Of a DNA stretch of 64,000 nucleotides, positions 12,591-21,420 are shown piece by piece. The notes beneath the pieces are model-generated. The model saw only the letters and a list, made by a program, of their open reading frames with translations, had not been told where the DNA came from and did no database searches. Each line of letters opens with the position of its first letter. The first letter of the stretch is position 1. This DNA comes from an uncultured Crocinitomix sp. Its GTDB lineage: Bacteria > Bacteroidota > Bacteroidia > Flavobacteriales_D > Crocinitomicaceae. The translations under genes were made by a program, and so were the position numbers. The stretch is taken from positions 11,657 to 75,656 of the forward strand of contig CAYPZN010000006.1 of NCBI GenBank assembly GCA_964415335.1. Direction: 5' to 3'.

Positions 12591-15119
12591 ATGATAAAAA
12601 AAGCACATATTCTTCTTGTCTTCGCTATCCTGATTTTTTCAGGAAAATTAAATGCACAGGGAATTACCGGTTTTGTTTATGATGAAGATAATAATCCCAT
12701 TCCCTATGTGAAAGTTTATGTAAAGAACTTTGCCAATGTAGGAGGAATTACTGATTTAGATGGAAAGTACTTTTTCGGAACTGATTTTGGAACCTTTGAT
12801 GTCATTTATAAATGCATTGGTTTTGAAGATTTAGAGGTAAAAGTAACCGTTTCGAATGCGGTTGAACCCACAATAAACAACGTTTACTTAAAGCAATCAG
12901 ACAATCAGCTTTCAACTGTTGAAATTAAAACCAAGAAAAAAAATATTGGTTGGGCAATTGTTCAAAATGTCATTGATCATAAAAAAGAACTTATTCGTCA
13001 ATTTGACACATATACCTGCGACATATACATTAAGGGAGTTGAAACTTTTGACAAAAAAGAAAAGAAAAAACAAAAGGTTGAAAAAGAAGGAGAAACGAAA
13101 GATCCTTTTGCCCAGCAAAAGGAAGAAATCAGACGAAAGATTGAGGGAGATCAAAAGTTAAATTTTGTTGAAATCAATCTTACGAAGCACTTTGAATATC
13201 CGAAAAACATAAAAGAGATAAGAACAGGGTATGAGAAAATCGGGCAACCAGATCAAATCTATTTCCAGTCAACCGTTTCAGGAGATTTCAATTTTTATGA
13301 AAGTTTAATTCGTAAGGATGACTTACACCTTACTCCAATTGTATCTCCTCTTCACCCGTCAGGAATTTTATCGTACAAATACAAGTTGACAGAAATCAAT
13401 ACTGTAGGGGAAGACACAATTTATACAATTGCAATCTCTCCAAGATCTGTTGGTACCTCAACTATGGAAGGTGAATTGTATATTCTCAAAAATGATTGGG
13501 TGCTTACAAAGGTTGATGTCTCAATGCACAAAGGTAATCTGAAAAAGTATGACGATTTTAGAATTGTACAAGAATTTGAGCAAAAAGACGATTCGCTTTG
13601 GTTACTGAAAAGTCAAAATTTTGAATACAGTACGAAATATGGTAGAGAAACTGTAAAAGGAGCAACGCAAGTTGTTTATTCGAATTACATTGTTAATCCA
13701 ACATTTCCTAAGAAATTTTTCAGTAATGAAGTTGGAACGACAATCGAAGAAGCATATGAACGTGATTCTTCTTATTGGGATCAGATTAGACCAATTCCCT
13801 TATCTGAAGAAGAGCAACGAAAAAAATTCATCCAAGACAGTTTAACTGCTATTTACACGTCAGAGGTTTATTTAGATTCAGTTGATTCGATTTTTAATAA
13901 AATTACGTTTCTAAAAGTAGCCTGGGATGGAATTCAGCACAGAGATCGTCAAAAGAAGACACAGTGGTTTTTGTCATCAGTTGCACAAATAATAGAACCT
14001 GTTAATATTGGAGGAGCACGTTTTGGGCCAGGGTTTAGTATTTTCAAAAAATGGGAAGATGAACAATGGATTGATTTCGATCAAGACATTAGTATAGGTT
14101 TTAATAATGCAGACCTTAGGGGAAGATTGCGTTTTCAGCACAGATATAACCCTAAAAAATTTGGTACTTACGGTTTTCAATTTAATAGGGGAGCAAGTTT
14201 TATAAATTCTTTTGATGCCTTTTTTCAAACGTTTAATCGTCAAAACATTTTTCAAAATACGCAAGGTAGGGTCTGGCATAGTTTTGAAATTATAAATGGT
14301 TTATTTTTATCTACAACGGCTCGACTAGAAGATCGATCTCCGTTTGATTTAGATTATCGTTTTGTGACTTGGTTTGATGATGCGACAAATAATGGATTAC
14401 CTATACAATTTGAACGTTATAAAGCATTTAGAACAAATGTGTTTTTATCGTATACACCCGCTCAAAAATACATTACCGAACCCAACAAAAAAATCATTTT
14501 GGGTAGTTTATGGCCTACATTTACGGTAGGATGGGAAAAAGGATGGAACGGTCCATTCAATTCTATTGTTGATTTCGATTATATCAGCTTTTCTGCTACG
14601 CAAGATTTTCAAATTGGAACAATTGGGCAATCGCGTTATCGAATTAGTACAGGTAAATATGTCAACCAAGACAGTATTTTATTTATCGATCGAAAATTCT
14701 TTAGACAGTCAGATGAAAGTTTTTTCAGGTTTTTATTTAGCCCACCGCTTAACTCTTTCCAAAATTTAGATTCTTCTTATGAAACGCAAGATTTTTATCT
14801 TGAAGGACATTACATTCATCATTTCAATGGAGCATTAGTAAATAAAGTACCATTCTTGAAGAAAACAGGGATTAAAGTACTTACGGGAGGTGGATTTATC
14901 TTTCTTCCAGAACACAATAATTATTTTTATTCAGAACTCTATTTTGGGATAGAACGTATTTTCAAAGTAGCCAGAAGAAGAATCAGGATTGGAGGATACA
15001 CTATTTTTAGTGTTGCCAATAATCAATTTGCTTTACCAGATTCGGATCAACCTAAAAATATACAATTCAAAATCTCGTTTGACATTTTAAATGAACGAGA
15101 TCTCAAGTTTAATTTCTAA
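12591..15119 (+). CDS. CarboxypepD_reg-domain outer-membrane protein (resembles the DUF5686 family)
   Basis: 842-aa ORF. Signal peptide, then the carboxypeptidase-regulatory-like N-domain GITGFVYDEDNNPIPYVKVYVKN...TDLDGKYFF. A long C-terminal aromatic-rich region ends ...LKFNF, which looks like a beta-barrel terminal Phe. Confidence 0.7.
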   Translation: MIKKAHILLVFAILIFSGKLNAQGITGFVYDEDNNPIPYVKVYVKNFANVGGITDLDGKYFFGTDFGTFDVIYKCIGFEDLEVKVTVSNAVEPTINNVYLKQSDNQLSTVEIKTKKKNIGWAIVQNVIDHKKELIRQFDTYTCDIYIKGVETFDKKEKKKQKVEKEGETKDPFAQQKEEIRRKIEGDQKLNFVEINLTKHFEYPKNIKEIRTGYEKIGQPDQIYFQSTVSGDFNFYESLIRKDDLHLTPIVSPLHPSGILSYKYKLTEINTVGEDTIYTIAISPRSVGTSTMEGELYILKNDWVLTKVDVSMHKGNLKKYDDFRIVQEFEQKDDSLWLLKSQNFEYSTKYGRETVKGATQVVYSNYIVNPTFPKKFFSNEVGTTIEEAYERDSSYWDQIRPIPLSEEEQRKKFIQDSLTAIYTSEVYLDSVDSIFNKITFLKVAWDGIQHRDRQKKTQWFLSSVAQIIEPVNIGGARFGPGFSIFKKWEDEQWIDFDQDISIGFNNADLRGRLRFQHRYNPKKFGTYGFQFNRGASFINSFDAFFQTFNRQNIFQNTQGRVWHSFEIINGLFLSTTARLEDRSPFDLDYRFVTWFDDATNNGLPIQFERYKAFRTNVFLSYTPAQKYITEPNKKIILGSLWPTFTVGWEKGWNGPFNSIVDFDYISFSATQDFQIGTIGQSRYRISTGKYVNQDSILFIDRKFFRQSDESFFRFLFSPPLNSFQNLDSSYETQDFYLEGHYIHHFNGALVNKVPFLKKTGIKVLTGGGFIFLPEHNNYFYSELYFGIERIFKVARRRIRIGGYTIFSVANNQFALPDSDQPKNIQFKISFDILNERDLKFNF

Positions 15120-15187
15120 TCGTTTTTAGTTTAACGCTTGACTGGAAAGATTAATTTTATTAATTTAACTTTCACAAAACCAAGCTT

Positions 15188-15319
15188 ATGGACTTATACT
15201 TTAATATCTGGAAAATTCTGGGCATTGCATTTTTGCTCTTTCTTGCCTATACTTTTATTGTCGTTAAATTCGAAAAGAAACAAGGTTATCGCGAGGATGA
15301 TTTTGAGAAAAACAAGTAG
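15188..15319 (+). CDS. Possible 43-aa single-TM peptide
   Basis: My own translation is MDLYFNIWKILGIAFLLFLAYTFIVVKFEKKQGYREDDFEKNK*. It has one hydrophobic helix followed by a charged tail. It is too short to support firmly. Confidence 0.25.
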   Translation: MDLYFNIWKILGIAFLLFLAYTFIVVKFEKKQGYREDDFEKNK

Positions 15320-15355
15320 TATTTACGCTTTTCAAAACTTCTGTTCTTGGTGTCT

Positions 15356-16339
15356 CTATTTACTATAAATAAGTCGTTCTTGAAATACACTTCCAAATTC
15401 GTCTCTTATCATTAATAAGTATAGGCCTTCGCTTAACTGATAATCTTTTAAGTTTAGTGTGTTTGAATTTTTAATTGCCAAAAGCTGATTTCCTGAAAGG
15501 TCAAATAACTGCATTTCTTCAATCAAACTTTCTGTATCAATGAATACCATCCCTTTAGATGGGTTTGGATAGACTTGAACTTTTGACAGAGAATTCTCAA
15601 ATAAACCTGCCGGATTACTTTCATTGATTACCGCTACTCCGTCTAAATCAAATCCTCCACTTTCAAAACTAGTTGGGTATGGATCATTGATCAAGTTTCC
15701 TTCGCTATCTTGTGTTCCAAATGCCGGATCTATCGATCCAACGACATCAATTATTCGAACGTAATTTATTTGATTTAAATCAATTTCAGTTGAGTCAATA
15801 ATATCTTCTAAGTCAAATGGTGTTCCAAAACCGCCTCTATATTTTCCTGCTAAATTGTGAATAAGGGTTGCGTCCGTATCGGCAAAAGTTCCAGTTTGTG
15901 AATCAACTGGTGTATTAGAAATTGAAGGAATTCTCACAAAACGACTACCATCTGAGCTTACTTCAACATGGGCTAACTCAAGATAACTATCAGAAAAACT
16001 ATTTTCGAAAACAGCAAAATCAAACCCTTCTCCATTTCGAATTGGAAAAGGAAATGTCAATGTAATTGAACCTTGATCTCCTAAACTAACTACTGCAGTT
16101 GGAGAGCCATCTGCAACGCCTATTGCTTCACTTGAATCACCAAATGCCGCTAGACCATCACCTGAGCTTGCTATATCTGCAAATCCTCTTTCAAATGCAA
16201 TAACTTCAGATGCCCAATTAACAATTATACTAGAGTCTTTATCAATTGCAGTTGATCCTGGAAAACCAGCAGGAGGGGCAAATTGAGCCAAAAGTGAAGT
16301 GGATAAAAGAACAGTTATTATTCCTGTGAAAAGTTTCAT
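15356..16339 (-). CDS. Secreted protein with a T9SS type-A C-terminal domain; last gene of the riboswitch-controlled operon
   Basis: 327-aa ORF. Signal peptide MKLFTGIITVLLSTSLLAQ. Core motif FDFAVFENSFSDSYLELAHVEVSSDGSRFVRIP. Tail VQVYPNPSKGMVFID...LSEGLYLLMI. It starts 4 nt after the stop of the upstream gene. Confidence 0.7.
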   Translation of the reverse strand: MKLFTGIITVLLSTSLLAQFAPPAGFPGSTAIDKDSSIIVNWASEVIAFERGFADIASSGDGLAAFGDSSEAIGVADGSPTAVVSLGDQGSITLTFPFPIRNGEGFDFAVFENSFSDSYLELAHVEVSSDGSRFVRIPSISNTPVDSQTGTFADTDATLIHNLAGKYRGGFGTPFDLEDIIDSTEIDLNQINYVRIIDVVGSIDPAFGTQDSEGNLINDPYPTSFESGGFDLDGVAVINESNPAGLFENSLSKVQVYPNPSKGMVFIDTESLIEEMQLFDLSGNQLLAIKNSNTLNLKDYQLSEGLYLLMIRDEFGSVFQERLIYSK

Positions 16340-16343
16340 ATTT

Positions 16344-17402
16344 CTAATTGTTAAAAATTAAATTATTTGCATTCAACCCTCCTTGAAACTCAAACTGAAA
16401 AGTACCAGTTAAGTCGTATACTCTAATTGTAGAGGAATTAACATATCCATTAGCATCAACGCAATAGATTCTATTTTTTACGAGATCAATATGAATTCCA
16501 AAAAAAGTTTCAAAACCACTTCCATCAATCAACCTAGTTGGATCGGATACTTCGGTAATTGTATTTATTCTGAAAACTCCTTTTTCTTCAGTATCATAAT
16601 AATAAAGCCAATCACCGGCAGTGGTTATCGTAGAAATTGGTTTCTCTATTGTCTCTAATACATTTTCAGTAGAAGGATCTATCCGCATCAAAGCAGGACT
16701 AATATCTGAATGGTTTCCACGAGAAAGCAAATAAATTTCTCCTTCTGAATCTAGATCGATTTGAGCCGCATTAATTCGTGTTTCAAACGTTGAAATAACT
16801 GCTTTTGTGTCCATATCAATTACTGATATGGTTGAGTCGTAAACAGGAAAGTTTAATCCTCCAGAATTTACAACGTATAAACGATTATCAATCGTCAATA
16901 AACCATCTGGATTAGCACCAACCTCAACAATGGCTTCAATGGTATATGTATCTAAACTAATTACAGCAACTGTTCCATCAAAATTACAAACGAATGCGTT
17001 TCTTCCATATACTTTTACCCGGCGTGGAGACCGTCCATTTGCACCATTAAAAATAGGGATTTGAGCAACTGTTTTTAGCGTAAATCGCTCAATAATTTCT
17101 ACTTGACTAGAAACATCTACTGCAATGATTATATAATCTTCTCCATCAAGGCTATAGGCTTCAAAATCATTTGCCGTATCACCCAAGCCTCTTCCGTTTT
17201 CTGTTTGAAAAACTTGTTGAAATTCTTCCCCATTTTCATTTGAGTAAAAAGATAAAGTTGCATTGTTTTGCTCGAATAATCCCTCGTTAAGTGCAACAAT
17301 TCCATTTTCAAATTCAGCTGGATTTTCAGGTGGTTCTGGTGGTGTTTTTTTACAGCCTAAAATGACTATAACTACAAATATTATTAGTGTTTTTATTTTC
17401 AT
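16344..17402 (-). CDS. Surface lipoprotein, YncE/BtuG-like beta-propeller
   Basis: 352-aa ORF. Lipobox VILGC. The motif GIVALNEGLFEQNNATLSFYS is followed by repeated propeller-blade-like segments (..YVVNSGG.., ..ISVIDMDT..). Its start overlaps the TonB-receptor stop (ATGA at 17399-17402). The family assignment is from memory of the Bacteroides BtuG/DUF5074-type proteins. Confidence 0.65.
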   Translation of the reverse strand: MKIKTLIIFVVIVILGCKKTPPEPPENPAEFENGIVALNEGLFEQNNATLSFYSNENGEEFQQVFQTENGRGLGDTANDFEAYSLDGEDYIIIAVDVSSQVEIIERFTLKTVAQIPIFNGANGRSPRRVKVYGRNAFVCNFDGTVAVISLDTYTIEAIVEVGANPDGLLTIDNRLYVVNSGGLNFPVYDSTISVIDMDTKAVISTFETRINAAQIDLDSEGEIYLLSRGNHSDISPALMRIDPSTENVLETIEKPISTITTAGDWLYYYDTEEKGVFRINTITEVSDPTRLIDGSGFETFFGIHIDLVKNRIYCVDANGYVNSSTIRVYDLTGTFQFEFQGGLNANNLIFNN

Positions 17403-19393
17403 TTGTCAAAAAAGTATTTTAATCGCAATTGATAATGTCTCCCTGGAACAGGAAAGCTACGAATTGTCTGATAATTATTGTCTAAAATATTGTTTGCATT
17501 TAACGCTATTCTCAATTTTGATTTTTGCCAATTCACCGATTTTGCCAAACCGATATTTATATCTGTATACGAAGGAAGGTAATTCGCGAAAATATTTTCA
17601 TTCAAGGAGTATCTCCCACTACTATATAGGGCATTAATACTAAATTTATATCCACTTCGATCAATACTAATTCCACTGGTATTGGTATAAAATGGAGTAT
17701 AAGGAATTTGATCTCCAAAAGTAATCCCATTAATATCTGTGACATCAATGGAAGAGTTAAATGCTTGATTTGTAGTCAAATTAAATTTTGTTTTACCGCT
17801 TGAAAGCGTCAATAAAGCTCCAATATCAACCCCTCTAATTTCAGTTTCTCCGATATTTTGAATACTCCAATTAAATAAGTCCTTCGTTGGGATTGCAACT
17901 ATTTTGTTTTTAACTTCATTGTAATAGGCATCAACTGTAATTTCGAAAATTGCCTTTTTTCTTTTAACACCATAAGTCACTCCCAAATTAAATAGGTTTG
18001 CGTCTTCTGGTTTTACATCTGAATTTCCAATAAAGTTATAGTAGAGATCGTTAAAAGTCGGTAGTCTAAAGGTATTTTTGTAAAATGCTCTTATTCTAAA
18101 ATTTTGTTTCTTTATTGGAAGGTAAGCAAAGGATAAGAAAGGAGAAAATCTGAAAAAAGTTTGCTGATTGGATGTATTATTTTGAGTGAATTCATCAATG
18201 ACATATTGGGTTGAAAAATTTCCTTGAATTCTCAATTTTTTAATCCAGGTTCCGCCGCCCAAAACAGTATTACTTTGTAATCGAAACGGATTTGCACTTA
18301 CATCATTTCCAACCAATGTATTTTGTAAAAGATCAGATCCTAAAAAGACTTTCTCTGTTAAAAAACGAAATTTTCTGGTCAGAAAAAAACCTCCTCCAAC
18401 GTTTCTTTGATCGTATTCAGAATCAATAAAACCTTGTAAATTAAAGAAATTAGGATCTAAATAACGTGTATAGGTCGATTGATATTTAAAATTGGTATTC
18501 AACACCCATTTTTTGACAGTATAACTATGATTTAAATTGAATCGCCAGTCTGTATTCCACAATTGCTGATCGTTAGAAGGGTTGAATAAAACAGCAGCTC
18601 CAGGCAATTCTTGTGTATTTTCATTAAAAAATAAACTTGCAGTAACTTTATGCTGTTTCGATTGATAACCAACCAATCCTCTTAATCTATAATTAAACAG
18701 GCGTGTATTTTCTCGAATTAGGTCAGGAGAATCAACTGCCTGTTGAGGAATTCTAAAACGAAAAACACCATTTCCAAAACGGGTCAGGCCTTGAAAACCA
18801 ACATAGAATTTTTTTCCTATGTTCGTTTGAATATAACCTCCTTTTTCATAAGCATTAATTGTCGTTGAATTTGAATAGAGTCCTATCCGTAATGCTTTCG
18901 GTTTTTTTGAAAGCACAGAGTTCAATGAAATCGTATTGGCTTGTGTAAACGCAGATGCAGTTGCGTTTTTATCTAGGCTTTGTCCTGAAGAGAAAGCTAC
19001 TGATTCTAATCCAAACAATTCAAAAGAAGAGAGATTAACAATTCCACTTTGCACGTTTGGAATTTGGTTTCCATCCAATTCAACAGTGGTATGCCCAGCT
19101 CCTAAACTTCTGAAAGAAACGGTTTTGATTCCTCCTATTCCACCGTAATCTCGCAATTGAATTCCAGGAACGTATTTTAACGCTTCTCCAACATCAGTTG
19201 CTCCTAATTCATCAATCTTATCTGCGTTAAATTTAAAATGTGGAACCGGAGAAATGATTACTGCTATTCGTAAAACAGTATCTCTTTTGGCAAAAACGGG
19301 AATTTCTTTTAACGTTTTTGTCGAATCTTGCCCAAATAAAAAGGGCATAAAAAGGATACAAAAGCTACTAAATATGAGTAATCTTAATTGCAT
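17399..19393 (-). CDS. TonB-dependent receptor, BtuB-like (cobalamin/corrinoid receptor by context)
   Basis: 664-aa ORF. Signal peptide, a plug region (..ELGATDVGEALKYVPGIQLRDYGGIGGIKTVSFRSLGAGHTTVELDG..), and a C-terminal barrel ending ...RHYQLRLKYFFDK. It lies downstream of a cobalamin riboswitch. Confidence 0.8.
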   Translation of the reverse strand: MQLRLLIFSSFCILFMPFLFGQDSTKTLKEIPVFAKRDTVLRIAVIISPVPHFKFNADKIDELGATDVGEALKYVPGIQLRDYGGIGGIKTVSFRSLGAGHTTVELDGNQIPNVQSGIVNLSSFELFGLESVAFSSGQSLDKNATASAFTQANTISLNSVLSKKPKALRIGLYSNSTTINAYEKGGYIQTNIGKKFYVGFQGLTRFGNGVFRFRIPQQAVDSPDLIRENTRLFNYRLRGLVGYQSKQHKVTASLFFNENTQELPGAAVLFNPSNDQQLWNTDWRFNLNHSYTVKKWVLNTNFKYQSTYTRYLDPNFFNLQGFIDSEYDQRNVGGGFFLTRKFRFLTEKVFLGSDLLQNTLVGNDVSANPFRLQSNTVLGGGTWIKKLRIQGNFSTQYVIDEFTQNNTSNQQTFFRFSPFLSFAYLPIKKQNFRIRAFYKNTFRLPTFNDLYYNFIGNSDVKPEDANLFNLGVTYGVKRKKAIFEITVDAYYNEVKNKIVAIPTKDLFNWSIQNIGETEIRGVDIGALLTLSSGKTKFNLTTNQAFNSSIDVTDINGITFGDQIPYTPFYTNTSGISIDRSGYKFSINALYSSGRYSLNENIFANYLPSYTDINIGLAKSVNWQKSKLRIALNANNILDNNYQTIRSFPVPGRHYQLRLKYFFDK

Positions 19394-19412
19394 CCTTTTT
19401 GTATCTTGTAAT

Positions 19413-20954
19413 TTACTTAATAGTTAATTTTTGTTTCGAAATTTCACCATTAATTGTCGCATAGACAATGTAAACACCTGTATCAAACCTTGATACATCA
19501 ACAGTATTCATTCCTTGTGCAAAAGTTTCGTTTAATAGTACTCTTCCTCCTAAATCTACGATTTTCAAGATTGCTTCTCCTTCAAATTGTACATTAATAA
19601 ATGTACTCGCAGGATTTGGATAAATTGCTAGTTCATTTGCAATTTGTTCATCTATTGATTCAACAGCAGTTGCATTTACACTTAAACTTGGTGGTGTAGC
19701 TGGATTAAATCCAGTATACGAACAACCAAACCAATCACCATCCGACATTTCGGTTCCTATTCCAGTATTTGCATACCATCCACCAACATTCGTTGCACTC
19801 CAAGTTGACCAGAAATTTGGCATTCCTCCTAGGCCTTCAAATCCTAAAGCGTAGATAATATCATTTAAGAACCCTCCTGTTAAGTCAATGTCTAATCCGT
19901 AAGGTTCATAATCGTTCAATGCAATCAAAACATCTTCTGCGCTAATTGTTTCTTCATCAAAATTATATCCAAATGCAAACGACTCTCCAGGTAACCATTC
20001 ATTAAAATCAATTACAACTACTGCCCGATTTGTTCCTGTGCCAAATAAAAAATCGAGAGTACTAATTACTAAATCAGCAGAATCAATTGCAGGAATTGGA
20101 TAAAATGGTCTTCTTGGTGGCCATTCATCATAAGAAACACCAAACCAATCACCATCATTAATTGTCATTCCTAATCCTGTGTTCATTGTCCAATCTGACA
20201 AATTTGTTCCACTCCATGTCCCCCAAAAACCTGGCATTCCACCAATTCCTTCAAGCATATTGTATTCAATATCATTTAAGAACATATCTGCATCTACGTT
20301 TAAGTTTACATCTGCAGCATCAATATCTGCTATCATAGTTCCTGCATCTGTAGTTCCATCAAATCGATAACCCCATGCGTAAGTTGCTATTTCACCAAAA
20401 CTAGATGTAACAAAATCTGTAACAAAAACGGCTGTATTAGCACCTGTCCCCACCCAAAACTGGATGTCAGCTTCAGAAAAGCGACTTGATTCATAAGCAG
20501 GAATAGGTTCTCCAGGAATTAAAGGAGGCATAAAATCAGTGTAAGAAAATCCAAACCAATCTCCGTTATTTAAAACTTCTGGCAGTCCTGAATTTGCTAT
20601 CCAATCTGTATCAGCAGTTCTACTCCATGTGCCCCAAAAATTAGGCATCCCTCCGATTCCTTCATGTGCATTATAAGTAATGTCTGATAGAAAGCCCATA
20701 GCCGTTACAAAATCCAGCTGATCTTCATCTGCTGCCACTGCGGCAAGCATATCTCCTCCAGTTACAGTTGCCGAAGCATCAAAAAGAAATCCCCACGCAT
20801 AAGCAGAATCTGGTGTTCCATCAATAAAATCGATAACCATAACTGCTGTATCCGGCCCTGATCCTACATAATAAATTAAATCGTTTTGTGTGAATTGGGC
20901 TTTTCCCAATAATGAAATGAGTGCGAACACTCCTGTGAGTAAAATTTTTCTCAT
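19413..20954 (-). CDS. Secreted protein with three tandem ~115-aa repeats plus a T9SS type-A C-terminal domain; first gene after the cobalamin riboswitch
   Basis: 513-aa ORF. Signal peptide MRKILLTGVFALISLLGKAQ. The repeats fall at about residues 27-140, 165-277 and 301-416. They share G(S/T)G.(D/N).AV.V.DF...(Y/F)A(W/F)G(F/Y).FD...FL(S/N)DI.Y...EG(I/L)GGMP.FW(G/S)TWS...W..N(S/T)G......GDWFG.SY. Tail LAIYPNPASTFINVQF...FDTGVYIVYATI. Confidence 0.75.
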   Translation of the reverse strand: MRKILLTGVFALISLLGKAQFTQNDLIYYVGSGPDTAVMVIDFIDGTPDSAYAWGFLFDASATVTGGDMLAAVAADEDQLDFVTAMGFLSDITYNAHEGIGGMPNFWGTWSRTADTDWIANSGLPEVLNNGDWFGFSYTDFMPPLIPGEPIPAYESSRFSEADIQFWVGTGANTAVFVTDFVTSSFGEIATYAWGYRFDGTTDAGTMIADIDAADVNLNVDADMFLNDIEYNMLEGIGGMPGFWGTWSGTNLSDWTMNTGLGMTINDGDWFGVSYDEWPPRRPFYPIPAIDSADLVISTLDFLFGTGTNRAVVVIDFNEWLPGESFAFGYNFDEETISAEDVLIALNDYEPYGLDIDLTGGFLNDIIYALGFEGLGGMPNFWSTWSATNVGGWYANTGIGTEMSDGDWFGCSYTGFNPATPPSLSVNATAVESIDEQIANELAIYPNPASTFINVQFEGEAILKIVDLGGRVLLNETFAQGMNTVDVSRFDTGVYIVYATINGEISKQKLTIK

Positions 20955-21080
20955 CCTTTTAAAATTTTGCCTTTAATTTTTTGGCGTGTTAATAATAAAA
21001 AGGAATAGCAACGAAGTATAAGGGTGTCAAAAGCACCTCCTAAACTTTGCTTTTATCCCGAAAGCTTGTTTTATTAAGAA

Positions 21081-21236
21081 TTGGCAGGTCTTCTGACTTA
21101 CTCCTTAAGATTTAAACCCTTCCCGTCTAGATAACAGACAGTGGTAATGTTTAAACGTTTTGAAGCTTACAGCTGCGGGAACAGTTCAAGATTTTCACTT
21201 GATTCCCATTTTAATTCCGACAATGTCAGAAACCAA
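21081..21236 (-). promoter_or_regulatory. Cobalamin (B12) riboswitch
   Basis: The minus-strand RNA reads UUGGUUUCUGAC...GGGAAUCAAGUGAAAAUCUUGAACUGUUCCCGCAGCUGUAAGC...CCACUG...CGGGAAGG...AAGUCAGAAGACCUGCCAA. It contains the B12 box AGUCAGAAGACCUGCC (21083-21098) and the conserved GGGAA / GUGAAAAUC / CCCGCAGCUGUAA / CCACUG / GGGAAG core elements. P1 is formed by UUGG..UCUGAC pairing with GUCAGA..CCAA. It lies 126 nt upstream of the first operon ATG. Confidence 0.85.
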
Positions 21237-21245
21237 AACTTGGCG

Positions 21246-21253
21246 CAAAGATA
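21246..21253 (-). promoter_or_regulatory. Bacteroidota-type -7 promoter box (TAnnTTTG) for the riboswitch operon
   Basis: The minus strand reads TATCTTTG, about 10 nt upstream of the riboswitch P1 stem, with a TTG-containing stretch about 20-25 nt further upstream. Confidence 0.5.
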
Positions 21254-21420
21254 AGTCATTTTTTTGTTTAGAGCAAAATTGCTTGAACGATTGAGCTGTA
21301 TATGCAATTAACATGTTGGTTTACTAATTTAATCATGCTTCGAGAACATTAGTATTACACATTAATTAAAGCACTTTTTTCAATTTGATTTTATATGATG
21401 AAAAACGGAATGGCGTTAAT

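Noticed and set aside
12912-13161. Two mirror-image 80-aa ORFs on both strands are very Lys/Glu/Phe-rich.
   Set aside because: They lie inside the 842-aa gene, in its KKEKKKQKVEKEGETK low-complexity linker. A/T-rich, purine-skewed sequence leaves alternative frames open by chance.
15138-15368. A 76-aa track ORF downstream of the 842-aa gene.
   Set aside because: Its start is non-ATG and its composition is implausible. It overlaps the convergent 15356-16339 gene end. Only the shorter 43-aa single-TM ORF in another frame (15188-15319) is retained, at low confidence.
20955-21080. I looked for an intrinsic terminator or an obvious RBS-sequestering helix in the 126-nt expression platform of the B12 riboswitch.
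   Set aside because: By eye I could find only short (4-5 bp) helices and no hairpin followed by a U-run. The mechanism (transcriptional or translational) is left open rather than asserted.
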